Shown: one piece after another, positions 11,949 to 24,130 of the stretch
How positions within the stretch are numbered: position 1 is the first letter of the stretch
Layout: each line of letters starts with the position of its first letter
Origin: Eledone cirrhosa
Lineage: Eukaryota
Assembly (NCBI GenBank): GCA_964016885.1
Contig: OZ024740.1
Coordinates: 127,596,001 to 127,660,000 of the forward strand
Length of the DNA stretch: 64,000 nt
Direction of reading: 5' to 3'
Notes under the pieces: model-generated
What the model was told of the DNA's origin: nothing
The model's input: only the letters and a program-made list of their open reading frames with translations
Databases searched by the model: none
Program-made: the position numbers and the translations under genes

Positions 11949-14118
11949 TAAACGGAAAAAATGAAACGAAATTTCATTTTCCACTCTTAGTACGGCTCTT
12001 ACTTAATAATAAGTATGTACACGTACATACATATATGTACACAGACGTATTGTAGTATGTATATATATATACATACATCCACACATATATATATGTCCGT
12101 ATGGCTTTACCGAACATTTATTATAATACTCGGTGTGTTTGTAAACAAACATCCCGTATTAAGCCGTAGTGTCTAGCAACCATCGTGGCTCGTTTGTTCA
12201 ACACTGACAAAGGAACGTTGTACTAGTTTCAAGCTTATTAGGGATCGTCAGCAACGTATACCTTCCTGCCACATTGTTGAACGTATATACTTACCTTATG
12301 CATATTGACGGCTGAGTACCCCAATTTGCATTTCGAGTGGGTTAATCGGCCGGGTGCACCGAAAACATAAACGGAAAAAATGAAATGAGATTACATGTCC
12401 CACTCTTAGTACGGCTGTTACTTAAATATAAGTATGTACACGTACATACATATGTGTATACAGACGTATTGTAGTATGTATATATATATATACATACATG
12501 CACACATATATATATGTACGTATGGCTTCACCGAACATTTATTATAATGCTCGGTGTATTTGTAAACAAACATCCCGTATTAAGCCGTAGTGTCTACTCA
12601 GCCGTTAATATGCATAAGGTAAGTATATATGTTTAACAATCTGGCAGGAAGGTATACGTTGCTGGCGATAGCTAATAAGCTTAAAACTAGGAACGTAGTG
12701 TCTAGCAACCATCGTTGCTCGTTTGTTCAACACTGACAAAGGAACGATGTACTAGTTTCAAGCTTATTAGCTATCGTCAGCAACGTATACCTTCCTGCCA
12801 CATTGTTGAACTTACCTTTGCATATTAACGGCTGAGTAGCCCAATTTGCATTTTGAGTGGGTTAATCGGCCGGATTCACCGAACACGATAAACGTAACAA
12901 ATGAAATGAGATTACATGTCCCACTCTTAGTATGGCTGTTACTTAAATATAAGTATGTACACGTACATACATATGTGTATACAGACATACAGTAGTATGT
13001 ATATATACATACATGCACACATATATATATGTACGTATGGATTCACCGAACATTTATTATAATGCTCGGTGTGTTTGCAAACAAACATCCCGTATTAAGC
13101 CGTAGTGTCTAGCAACCATCGTTGCTCGTTTGTTCAACACTGACAAAGGAACGCTCTACTAGTTTCAAGCTTATTAGCTATCGTCAGCAACGTATACCAT
13201 GCTGCCAGATTGTTGAACGTATATACTTACCTTATGCATATTAACGGCTGAGTAGCCCAATTTGCATATCGAGTGGGTTAATCGGCCGGGTGCACCGAAA
13301 ACGATAAACGGAAAAAATGAAACGAAATTTCATTTACCACTCTTAGTACGGCTGTTACTTAAATATAATATGTACACGTACATACATATATGTATACAGA
13401 CATACAGTAGTATGTATATATATATACGTAGATGCACACATATATATATATGTACGTATGGAATCACCGAACATTTATTATAATGCTCGGTGTGTTTGTA
13501 AACAAACATCCCGTATTAAGCCGTAGTGTCTACTCAGCCGTTAATATGCATAAGGTAAGTATATACGTTTAACAATCTGGCAGGAAGGTATACGTTGCTG
13601 GCCATAGCTAATAAGCTTGAAACTAGTACAGCGTTCCTTTGTCAGTGTTGAAGAAACGAGCAACAATGGTTGCTAGACACTGCGGCTTAATACGGGATGT
13701 TTGTTTACAAACACACCGAGCATTATAATAAATGTTCGGTGAAGCCAGAAGTACATATATATATGTTTGCATGTATGTATATATATATACATACTACAAT
13801 ACGATTTGCAAATTGGGCTACTCAGTCGTTAATATGCATAAGGTAAGTATATACGTTCAACAATCTGGCAGGAAGGTATACGTTGCTGACGATAGCTAAT
13901 AAGCTTGAAACTAGTAGAGCGTTCCTTTGTCACTGTTGAACAAACGAGCAACGATGGTTGCTAGACTGTACGCCTTAATACGGGATGTTTGTTTACACAC
14001 ACACCGAGCATTATAATAAATGTTCGGTTAATCTATACGTACATATATATATATGTGTGCATGTATGTATATATATATACATACTACTGTACGTCTGTAT
14101 ACATATATGTATGTACGT
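11949..14118. mobile_element. Array of ~419-nt non-coding HHR monomers (family A) in tandem and inverted orientation
   Basis: Period 419 (cggaaaaa at 11953 and 12372). HHRs on - strand at 12215-12257, 12744-12786 and 13151-13193; on + strand at 13880-13922; two degenerate + copies near 12656-12690 and 13592-13634. No ORF. Confidence 0.9.
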
Positions 14119-14792
14119 TGGATGGCGCGCGGTTTCCGCAGGTCGCAGAGCGGCGTCCCGGCGAGAAAACGAACATTCGCATATGTCAGGTCACCAGATG
14201 GTGCTACTTGTAACATGTATCCCAGTACAACCTGTATCATGGTCGGGTCGTTGGCGACTAAACTGGCAACCCCATCAAGGTTTATTCGTGAGGAGGGTGA
14301 CTTTGGACATCCTGCAGGACTAAAATCAAAACCTGTCAAAGGGCAAAGAAACTCTTAAGAGTCAATGGCCATCCAAAATCAGCGGGAGAGATGACCCCTT
14401 AGCCTTTCTCAAGGCAGAATTCTAGGAGAAGGAAAACTCTGATATAACACCTGCAACCCTTATGGTATCCAATGATGTTGACTTGTTCTCCTTTTTGGTA
14501 AATATCATCTTGGTTAAGAGAGTGGGACTGGCTTTGTGCAGTGCCTTTGCTCACTATAAAAGCTTCACGGCACAGGCATTGCTTTATATCTGGAGATCTC
14601 TCTGCACTTGTCGTCACATGGTACCATGGGCCCAGCACTATGTGTCAATAATTGTCTCAAGTGTAGTGTTTGTAGCAGAGTTTTCAAGTCGCTGGCTGGA
14701 CTAAAAAGTCACACTCGTTCAGCGCATCGGTAGGGGTTCTCCTACATGGATATAAAGTAGTGGCCGTGCTCGAAAACGAGTTGGCAGCCACC
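14119..14792 (+). mobile_element. Bipartite non-autonomous RTE derivative (5' UTR + 3' end), flanked by ATGTACGT direct repeats
   Basis: RTE 5'UTR-like ctaggagaaggaaaactctgat; terminal C2H2 CSVCSRVFKSLAGLKSHTRSAH* at 14662-14733; ATGTACGT at 14111-14118 and 14793-14800; second copy at 30357. Confidence 0.75.
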
Positions 14793-14816
14793 ATGTACGT
14801 GTATATATATATATAT

Positions 14817-16080
14817 AAATAAAATAACAGGCGGCTGGAATGGTCTAAATCCTTGAAAGGTTTATTATACTATGATCATTTCAATGACCGGGTTCCATAT
14901 GAATCCGGTGATATCATCAGGCATTGGAATATAACAAAGGAATATGTAAAAAGCCATGGGTCCGAAAAGTCAGAAACAGAGGGGACGGCTGGCGGACTAG
15001 CTTCTCAGCCAGCCAGCACACCCACCACCATGAGGCAGCCAGTCTTCAGTGGAAGAAATGGAAATTAATTTTTCCGAGTACTCTCGGAACGTAGCTAACT
15101 TTGGACCCGGGATCGCTAGTGGGAACTCCACAATTTTGACAGGCCATCGTCTATACCACAAATACTATTAAATCAAACATTAGGAGTTTATTTACATGTC
15201 AGTGGAGGCATGACAATCCTGGAGTTTGTACAAGTATGATGTGGCGGCCAAAAAAGGCGGCGCGATGGGACCGGGGCAAAGCAACCCGCTCAGAGTAATT
15301 TCATTTACCGAAAGAGGAGAAATTTATTTTTCCGAGCACTCAAGGAAGGCTGAACTTTCCGAGTGCCCAGCGCGCAGCCGGGAAAGGTCACCACACAAGT
15401 CGAAGGTAACAACCCAGTGAAAAGTGCAAATAGGCCAACATTATTTTAAAGTCCCAGTTAGTCCGGGTTATAGGTAGTGTGGATCTTAGGTGGGTAGGGG
15501 GCTATGAAAGGTGCATAATGACCTGAGTAAGGAAAAGTTACAAAAAAATAAAAAAATATGAAAAAATAATATAAAGATAGAATACATTGATGAAAATACA
15601 TTAATAAAATAATAAAAAATATACATTAATAATAAAATATACATTAATGAGATAGAAAAACATTAATAAAGGTAAATAAGAATCAATATAGATCAAGTTG
15701 TAGTAAGATAATACAAGTTGTACATATAGAAAAAGATATAGAGGATGGAGGAGATCGTATGGTAACGGGTTGTACCTAGTGTAGAGTTCAGTGCGAGTCA
15801 CAAAAAGCCCTGAGGTATAGAGTAGAGAATTCAGTCCATACAATACATGTTTTAGTATAATACGTAGAGTGTTGTCGTAATCGGAATCATCCCGACAAGG
15901 AAAGTAGTATCAGGTGTCGGTAGATAAGGCGCAGAGCAGCCAAAATCCGAATGGTAAGTAGATCAGTTAATCCCATGCTGGTAATAGCTGTACACAGAAG
16001 TCAGTGCCGCTGTTCAATATTACATTTTGAAGTGCTCAACATTATAGGAGCATTATTTCTTTAGGTTGTTGGTTCACACT
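14817..16080 (-). mobile_element. PLE 3' end/pLTR
   Basis: HHR followed by AATAAA near the terminus, ending in (TA)n; ILNSGTDF remnant near 16000-16020 resembles the PLE ORF end. Confidence 0.55.
14867..14924 (-). ncRNA. Type I hammerhead ribozyme
   Basis: atgc-CTGATGA-t-at..accgg/ccggt..at-t-GAAA-tgatca-TA-gtat; palindromic helix III. Confidence 0.75.
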
Positions 16081-16124
16081 GGATAGAACTGGATAGAACT
16101 GGATAGAACTGGATAGAATTGGAT
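16078..16124. repeat. (ACTGGATAGA)x4 minisatellite
   Basis: Directly visible 10-nt unit. Confidence 0.9.
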
Positions 16125-16152
16125 GCTTATTAAATATATATATATATATATA

Positions 16153-16777
16153 TTTAGTAAGCATCCAATTATATTATTTTCTACTAGATTTAATAATTAA
16201 GGCATTAATTTAATTAGACAATTCTTTTGATTGGTTAATTATTTGTGTTTGTTTAATAACATCTGGTCAAGAGCTTATTCTGAATGTTAGCGGAAATTAT
16301 AATATTTCCTTTGTCTAACATTTTGAATGGCCCGCCGAAAACCGGGGGTTATTTCCCTTGCTGGAAATAACACGTGACAACTAAATATACGATTCGCTGT
16401 TGCGACGGCAACATTTAGCATCTCGTCCCGTTCTTTGATAGAACGAAAACCTGTTGATGAATTGAATCCTCTGTTCGATCATGAATACCACGAACTTGCC
16501 AGTTACATAAGTCTGATATTTGATTTCGGATTCATAGAAACACTTTAAACGTATAACGTTTGATTTGTCCAGGTGTATTTTTTCTCAACCTGTTAGTTCT
16601 TTCGTTACTTTGGTATTGTGTGTTAGATTCTGTCTAGCAGAATGTTCAATTTGTCAAGCTATTTAAACGTATGTTATCACTCTAAGGACCTACCTTGTCG
16701 AGTGCTTTGCTATCTTATTCATATAGTAGGTCGAATTTGCTTGCACACCGCCAAAGATTAGATTTTACTAAGCATCC

Positions 16778-16785
<8 letters not shown>
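16153..16785 (+). mobile_element. ~612-nt unit with short terminal direct repeats (taagcatccaattatat), possible old pLTR monomer
   Basis: Repeat at ~16158 and ~16769 plus an inverted stub at 16117-16135; bounded by (TA)n; HHR-like relic ctaagga-cctac..gtagg-tcgaa. Confidence 0.45.
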
Positions 16786-16837
<52 letters not shown>

Positions 16838-17031
16838 GTTATTCTGGGTGGAATCGGAGGTAACCACAGTAAGTAAGGCACTCAATACATTGCAGAATAT
16901 AACATTTTTAATATAGATGAGATTCTACAGGACTAGAACTGTTTCATTCTTTAGAAATCATCAGGAATCTCCTGATGATTTCTAAAGAATGAAACAGTTC
17001 TAGTCCTGTAGAATCTCATCTATATTAAAAC
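16838..17031. mobile_element. Fold-back pLTR mini-element, second copy (perfect 61-bp arms 16906-16966/16970-17030)
   Basis: Homologous to 1778-1981; older relatives at ~22340-22555 and ~23025-23210. Confidence 0.8.
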
Positions 17032-17039
17032 TATATATC

Positions 17040-17072
<33 letters not shown>

Positions 17073-17487
17073 GTTTGTATGTATGTATGTATGTATGTAT
17101 GTATATTTATATAATATTATGTGTTTCTATGTGTAGTTTCTCTGTCTCTATGTAAATATGTGAGTAAAGTAAGTGGAAAACTTCAACTGACAAAATTACT
17201 AACAATAATTTTGTAAACATTTGTTAATCAATCTCACAAGAATATTATGTAACGACCAATGTAAATATTTGTTCTCATTATTCTTCACTGTTATACTACC
17301 GTTATATATAGGAATAGCATGACGCAGCTAAAGGCTATTCATTACTACCAACCGTGTGGTAGGTTTTTTTCTAGTACCCGAAGGCTTAGATTTCATTTCA
17401 TTTTCTACTGTTTTCACGTTCTTCATGGATAAATAAATTAACAAAATGTTATCTCTCAACATCTCTATTTCTTCCTCCCTGTGTATA

Positions 17488-17607
<120 letters not shown>

Positions 17608-17645
17608 TGCGTGTGTGTGTGTCTGCGTGTGTGTGTGTGTGTGCC

Positions 17646-17689
<44 letters not shown>

Positions 17690-18041
17690 TGTGTGTGTGT
17701 TGGCATGTCTGTGTGTGAGAGTGTTGAATTTGAATTTACACCAACGATATGAGGAAATTAATCAACACATATTGTAAGGAAATATATAAAATGGTATAGT
17801 CCGTTAGTTATAAAGCATTGTTTGGTTTGATTTCAGCGGGTCCTTAATAATCACCAGGCAGATAAAATAAAATATCCTCTTAAATGAATATCAATGACCT
17901 GTGTGGGTTGCCAACAGACCACAGAGCATGAGGTATTGACATGTGTATTTAAAAAATATATTAACTGGCGTATCCAAGTAACTACATTCGTCTAGTTACC
18001 TATTTCTCGTCTGTAACTTAAAACTAATATTTGTCAGGACT

Positions 18042-18155
18042 AACAAGGCCAGCAATTATCCCAGTACATTACTGGTGCTTTATTTTATCGACCCCGTAAG
18101 GATGAAAGGCAAAGTTAACCTCGGCGGGAATTGAACTCAGATCGTAAAGGGACGT
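18042..18155 (-). mobile_element. SINE family 1, partial
   Basis: Reverse complement of the B-box and core. Confidence 0.85.
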
Positions 18156-19974
18156 GGGCTAGTGAAAATGAGTTGAAATTATGCGTGTTTTGCAATATGA
18201 TGTAGTGAATTATGCATATAAATGCTGGAGAACGGAAGTATCTCGTAATATGTTAATATCGAAAAGGGTAAAGTCTCACTTTTATGGGTGCAGTTAAATA
18301 CCATTCAATCAGATGATGGCATAATCGTTTTGCATTTCAGTAGGTAAGCTCTGAATTACCAACTTCGGTCAGAATCTCTGATCTGTTATTTAAGATAGAT
18401 TGACCTTTTCTCAATGTTGTTAAATTTGAGAATCTTTCGCCCTATACATAAATAGCAACAAGCATGTACCTATGTGTATGCATGCGTGAATATGTGCGCG
18501 TATGTACAGGACATATTTCTTTTGAACTTATTACTGAAACAAAATCAATGTCTACTTTCAACGTTTTTATACATAGTTTTCCTATATCATCATTAGATCA
18601 TTATATTTTCTTTAGAATGTTTAATCGTAAAGACCCATTGCATTCCAGAATGTTTTCGTTCTTATTCTCTTGATTAACTCATTTTAAGAACAGTTATTAT
18701 TCCCGTTTTGTAGTGTTCAATATTTGCTATAACATTTTATGTATATTTCTTATTTCTAGTCGTAAGAATTTAACCTTTTTGACCATAGACGTTAGTTGTC
18801 TTTCAATATTCAGGAAAATATTTGTTCTTGGTGTCCGTTATTACATTGCTCTTTACTTGCTCAGTCTGCGTTGCTTTTCATGATATATAATGTTATTGAT
18901 ATCTAGCATAAGCGCAATGCCGTCTACCGCTGAGATGAATATAATCGATTAGATCGATGCCAGTACTTAACTAGTAAATATTTTATCGCTTCCAAAATGT
19001 GAATAACTAAAGTGTACTTGAGCGTGATTTGAACATAGTTCGTAAGTATAAGGAAGAACATTTTGCATGGTAATTTGCCCAAAAGCACTTAGGCTTCTCT
19101 CATTAAACGACCCTTCCGATGTATTATTGGTGTAGCTTCACTGACCAGCCTTCTAATGTGTGTCAATTTCTATATAAGAGAATTGTTTTAGACATGCTAC
19201 ATAAATGTTTTTCTTCTATCTAATGTTGTCTCACGTGTCATAATATAAGGATTTGGAATGGCAACTTTTTATTAATGTTTATATATCAGCTTAGCGAGAA
19301 AATATTTACTTTACTTGGAAGTGTTATTTTCGTGTCTAATACGGTTGCCACATACATGAATGCATGTGAATGGATATATTATATTTGTATTACATAATGT
19401 TTATTAAGTTGCTTGCAGGATGTTCATATTTATTTTTTCTTCCTGATACAGAAGTATATTTCTTTTTAGTTTCGAAGCATATTATCGTTGGTTAAAAGCT
19501 GTTCATTCTGTTTGTGGCGTTCTTGGCAATATGTCTTCATTTTTTTAAAAGTTAGAACACGCGCATAAGATAAATGCTTGTTTGTGTATTTGTAACAGCA
19601 GTTTTCATATTCTGTGATACTTCTTTCTATCGATGAGATATATTGTGACTAAAGCAACATTAGAATTAAATTGAGTACAATATCAAAAGTTATTGAAAAT
19701 CTTGTTATGTAATGCGGAAATGAATGTTCTATGATCACATTCTGACAAATATACCATTCATTAAAAAATATATGCAGTGGCTAGCATTCCGAGAAATCGA
19801 GTGGTGATGAGTAAGCAACCACATGAGATATGATTAAACAAAAGTTCGCTTTAAGAAATCCAATGTTATTGAAAATCAATCTTAAAATAAGATTTGACAT
19901 GTTTGAAAATACATAAGAGACTCATTCCGCAATTTTGGTTACTTGACAATTTATATATATATATATATATTAAG

Positions 19975-20672
19975 AGTAATAATAATAAATGTGAAGACTA
20001 AAATCCAATAAGGATAAATATATATCAAATATATAAGAACCCTAGAGCAAATATTTATTAAAATAACAGATTAGAGTTTAAGCAAAGCATCGCTGCTTAA
20101 CGGGATCTTCTGGAACTATTAAAATCAATCTGTGAACGCAGAAGTAAATATTTCGAAAAATGTTGCAACAGACGTAAAACAGGAAGACGATATTTTGGTT
20201 CGTGAAGACGTTCCCTGGCAATGAACGGTAAAAAGCGAAGATAATACGTCGATACGTGGAGCAATGAGAACAATTACACGCAAAGACAAAACCACTTTTA
20301 TGGTATAAATGGAGTCGTAGACTAATATTCTATTTAGGAAACCGAATTATTCTCGGCTTCAGAGTTAAGAATAATATAAATAAATTAGTAGAATGAAAAT
20401 GACAGTGTTGGCCACATTTGTACATGTATGTGTAGATGTATGCGAAAATCACATAATAACATCCTTGGATAAGGGAGATAAGCTTCCTAGGCACCCCGTA
20501 GTGCAGGTATATCAAAATTACAATTTATATCTAACCTTTTTTGACATTATCCTCAGTCATTCATTCATTTAGCTCTATCACTCTCCCTGGAGCATACTCC
20601 AAATAAGGTTAGATATAAATTGTATCAAATAAGGTTAGATATGAATTGTAATTTTGATATATTTGTATATCA
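19975..20672 (-). mobile_element. Old pLTR-like element with terminal inverted segment
   Basis: 19975-20055 matches the stub at 5365-5455; inverted repeat ~20508-20543/20625-20662. Confidence 0.45.
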
Positions 20673-20941
20673 AGAAAATGTTGAATGCAATTTCTCATTT
20701 GTATATTTACTACGAAAATGTTATCCGTAATGTATTACTGTAATTACCAATTAATTACACTTCTAAGAAAAGAAAATATTACCCACAGTTTCAAAAATAT
20801 GTTCTCAACACTGTCATATTATAGGCGAGGAACTTGGGTATATATTGTAACCTGGGGAAATAACTCCAATACTATCAACCTTTATTCCTTTAAGCTAACA
20901 TAGACTCAAATAATGCTTATTCTTAGTATGTGATTATTCGT

Positions 20942-21148
20942 AGGGCGGTGGATTGGCAGTATCGGTAGAGGGTCGGACGCCATGCTTTCCAGCATAGTTA
21001 CGTCCCTTTAAGATCTGAGTTCAAATCTCGCCGAGGTTGACTTTGCCTTTCATCCTTACGGGGTCGATAAAATAAAAGTACCAGTAATGCACTGATAAAA
21101 TAAAAGTACCAGTAATGCTGGCCTTGTTCCTAAAGTAGAAACAGTTAT
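20942..21148 (+). mobile_element. SINE family 1, full length (tRNA-type head, Meta/MESC-like core)
   Basis: A-box TGGCAGTATCGG, B-box GAGTTCAAATC, core ccgaggttgactttgcctttcatccttacggggtcgataaaataaaagtaccag; internal tandem duplication at ~21066-21118. The Meta/MESC label is from recollection only. Confidence 0.88.
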
Positions 21149-21340
21149 TTGTGATGAATGTGTTTGACTTCAAATTTTAGGTCGTCGAGTTTTAAATAAA
21201 ATTATTCGGATTATATACTTGACGAACTAAATCTTTTATATAAAAAAAGTAGTGTGCCTATTATAGGTTCCTTTTATACGTACATTTTAGAAAATATATA
21301 TTTAATTTATATAAATTAAATAATTTAATTTTTTTTTTTT

Positions 21341-21471
21341 TTTTTTTTCGTCGATCGACTTTCGTCAAATCTGACGGAGGAAACAATGCTTCCATTGGTC
21401 TTACCAATTGGAAAGACCAACGGAAATATTGTTTCCTCGGTCCGATTTGACGAAATTCCATCGAAAAAAAA
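21341..21471. repeat. Imperfect palindrome centred on ccaattgg, bounded by oligo-T/oligo-A
   Basis: ttcgtcaaatc..gaggaaacaat..ttggtctt / aagaccaa..attgtttcctc..gatttgacgaa. Confidence 0.8.
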
Positions 21472-22089
21472 TTTACTAAATAATCTTCCTTTCCCTGTAA
21501 GGCATTTTAAAGTAATGTAAATAATCACTGAGTAAAAAATCTACTAAAATACACAACGTACAAAAAAAAAACCATGTTATTACAAATGCTTGCATCATGA
21601 AATATAGAAGCACATTTACGCAATATTCTAATGGAAAAAGTCAATGTCAACTCATTTGCAACAAATTTCCTAAATCCATGATTTACTCCACATTTCTAAA
21701 AATTTAGTCACTTAATCAGGAGTTTGTATAATACTTAATCTCTTTTTTATTATGACCTTTTAAATCACTTTGTTCTTTCTTGACCAGTATATAATGGTAT
21801 CCTTACCAAAGTTAAAAATAAAGCTTTACTGTTAGATATAATATGCGGCGTGAGTTGCAATTCATCAAATGCTTATACTGTTTCTGTGATTAACATTGAA
21901 CTTCGACCTAAATATTTATATAGCCATTGAAATATTAAAATTATGTGAAAAACAATTCTGGTTATGAGAATGTGAAACAGTAGATACGTCGATTATATGT
22001 AGATTTAGGGTATTTTTCTTCCAAACGATATATGAATTAAGTATAGGAAAATAAGCAAGTTTAATTTCGTAAATGTCCTATTTTTCATC

Positions 22090-22336
<247 letters not shown>

Positions 22337-23211
22337 TATTCATTTTATTATAGAAATGATCTTTTAAGGACTAAAAATGTTTTGTTCGTTAGAAGTCACC
22401 GGGAAAAGCCTTTATGATGATTTCTTACGAATGGAACAGTTTAGTCCTGTAGAAATCATTACCGTAACAAAATGAATATACCTATACTCGAGTAACGTTT
22501 TAAATAACGTTTTTAACAGTAGTCGCCTCCTGATTTACTTCCGTTTTCTACTTAATAAATAATAGAATTGCATATATGGGCTTGCATGCATATCTCCATA
22601 AATGTGAGTCTATGTTGTTATATGCACCTTTGAACATAGTCGCGGTAAGATGTGTGTGCAAATTTATTCAATTGCTTCTATTCTCTATGAGATATAGCTC
22701 TGAAATTGCGATTGGCTCTACTGACCTATTAGTAGACTACCTGATGTAAATTTCAAAGAGATAAATGAAACCAAGCAGGTAGAAATATGTGTTCTGCTAA
22801 TAAACACAAGGAAACACAAGCAGTAAAACGAAGACATGACCAATCAACTTGTAGTATATTATATATTTTTGTCAATAATTTTTCTTCTACGTGTATATAT
22901 GTATGTTATATACGCGCGCGCACACACACACACACACACAGTCACACACACACACATACAAACACACACAAACACACACACATATATATATATGTGCAGA
23001 AAGTTCATATAATTACATAAATATATTCATTTTATTATAGAAATAATTTCTTTTTGGACGAGAAGTGTTTCATTTATAAAAATGATTTTTTACGAATATA
23101 GCAGATCTAGTCCTGTAGTAATCATGTAAAGGAATATTCCTATACTCTACTCACAAATAGAGCAACCTTTTTAACACAGGTTGCCCACAATTTAGATTGG
23201 GATTCTGATTC

Positions 23212-23257
<46 letters not shown>

Positions 23258-23466
23258 AATATATATATATATGTGTGTATAAGGGAGAGTGAATGAGTGC
23301 ATATCTGTAATAATTGGGAAGACGCATGGCTTACTGGTTAGTGTGTTTGTCTCACGTTTGTAATTTCGGGCATTCGATTGAAAGTCTCACCGATTCGACG
23401 GAGCCTATGGAGACCAAACACAGAACAAAAATAATATACAGTCTAACACACACACACACGCACATG

Positions 23467-23512
<46 letters not shown>

Positions 23513-23897
23513 AGAGAGTGTGTGTGTGTGTGTATGTGTGCGTGTGTGTGTGTGTGTTTGTATGTGTGTATGCGTGAACGTATGTGTGTATACAGAGATA
23601 ATGAAAGAGATAGAGATAGAGAGAGAGAGAGAGAGAGAGAGGTGTTTGTGTAGGCAAATGTGGATATGTTTGTCCTTGAGTTTTGTGAGTATGTGAATGT
23701 GTCCAGATATCTAGATATGAGTGATGACCTTGTATGCTTTGCAGCTATGTGTATCATTATATGTGTACAGTATATCTTTACATGTATACAGATACATAAT
23801 CCGTGCAAATGTGTATTAAAAGGCAGAGACATAAATAGATTAATACATATACCTAAACACACACACTAACGCATACGAAAAGAGTGAGAATGAAAAT

Positions 23898-23929
<32 letters not shown>

Positions 23930-24051
23930 CGGAGAGAAAGAGAGAGAGAGAGAAAGAGGGATGGGAAGATGAATAGAGAGCAAAGCAATAAACTTCTATA
24001 ATTGATTGTGTCATATTAATGTATGTGGTATCACGTAATTGTTAGTTACAG

Positions 24052-24130
<79 letters not shown>

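Noticed and set aside
12286-12297. ATACTTACCT resembling the U1 snRNA 5' end
   Set aside because: No U1 body follows; it is the reverse complement of the AG|GTAAGTAT donor in family A.
11949-14118. CRISPR-like or plain satellite interpretation of the array
   Set aside because: Eukaryotic context, no unique spacers, 419-nt units with ribozymes, and a dispersed second locus.
14662-14733. C2H2 zinc finger as a host gene exon
   Set aside because: It is present three times inside a dispersed repeat with an RTE-like UTR and tail.
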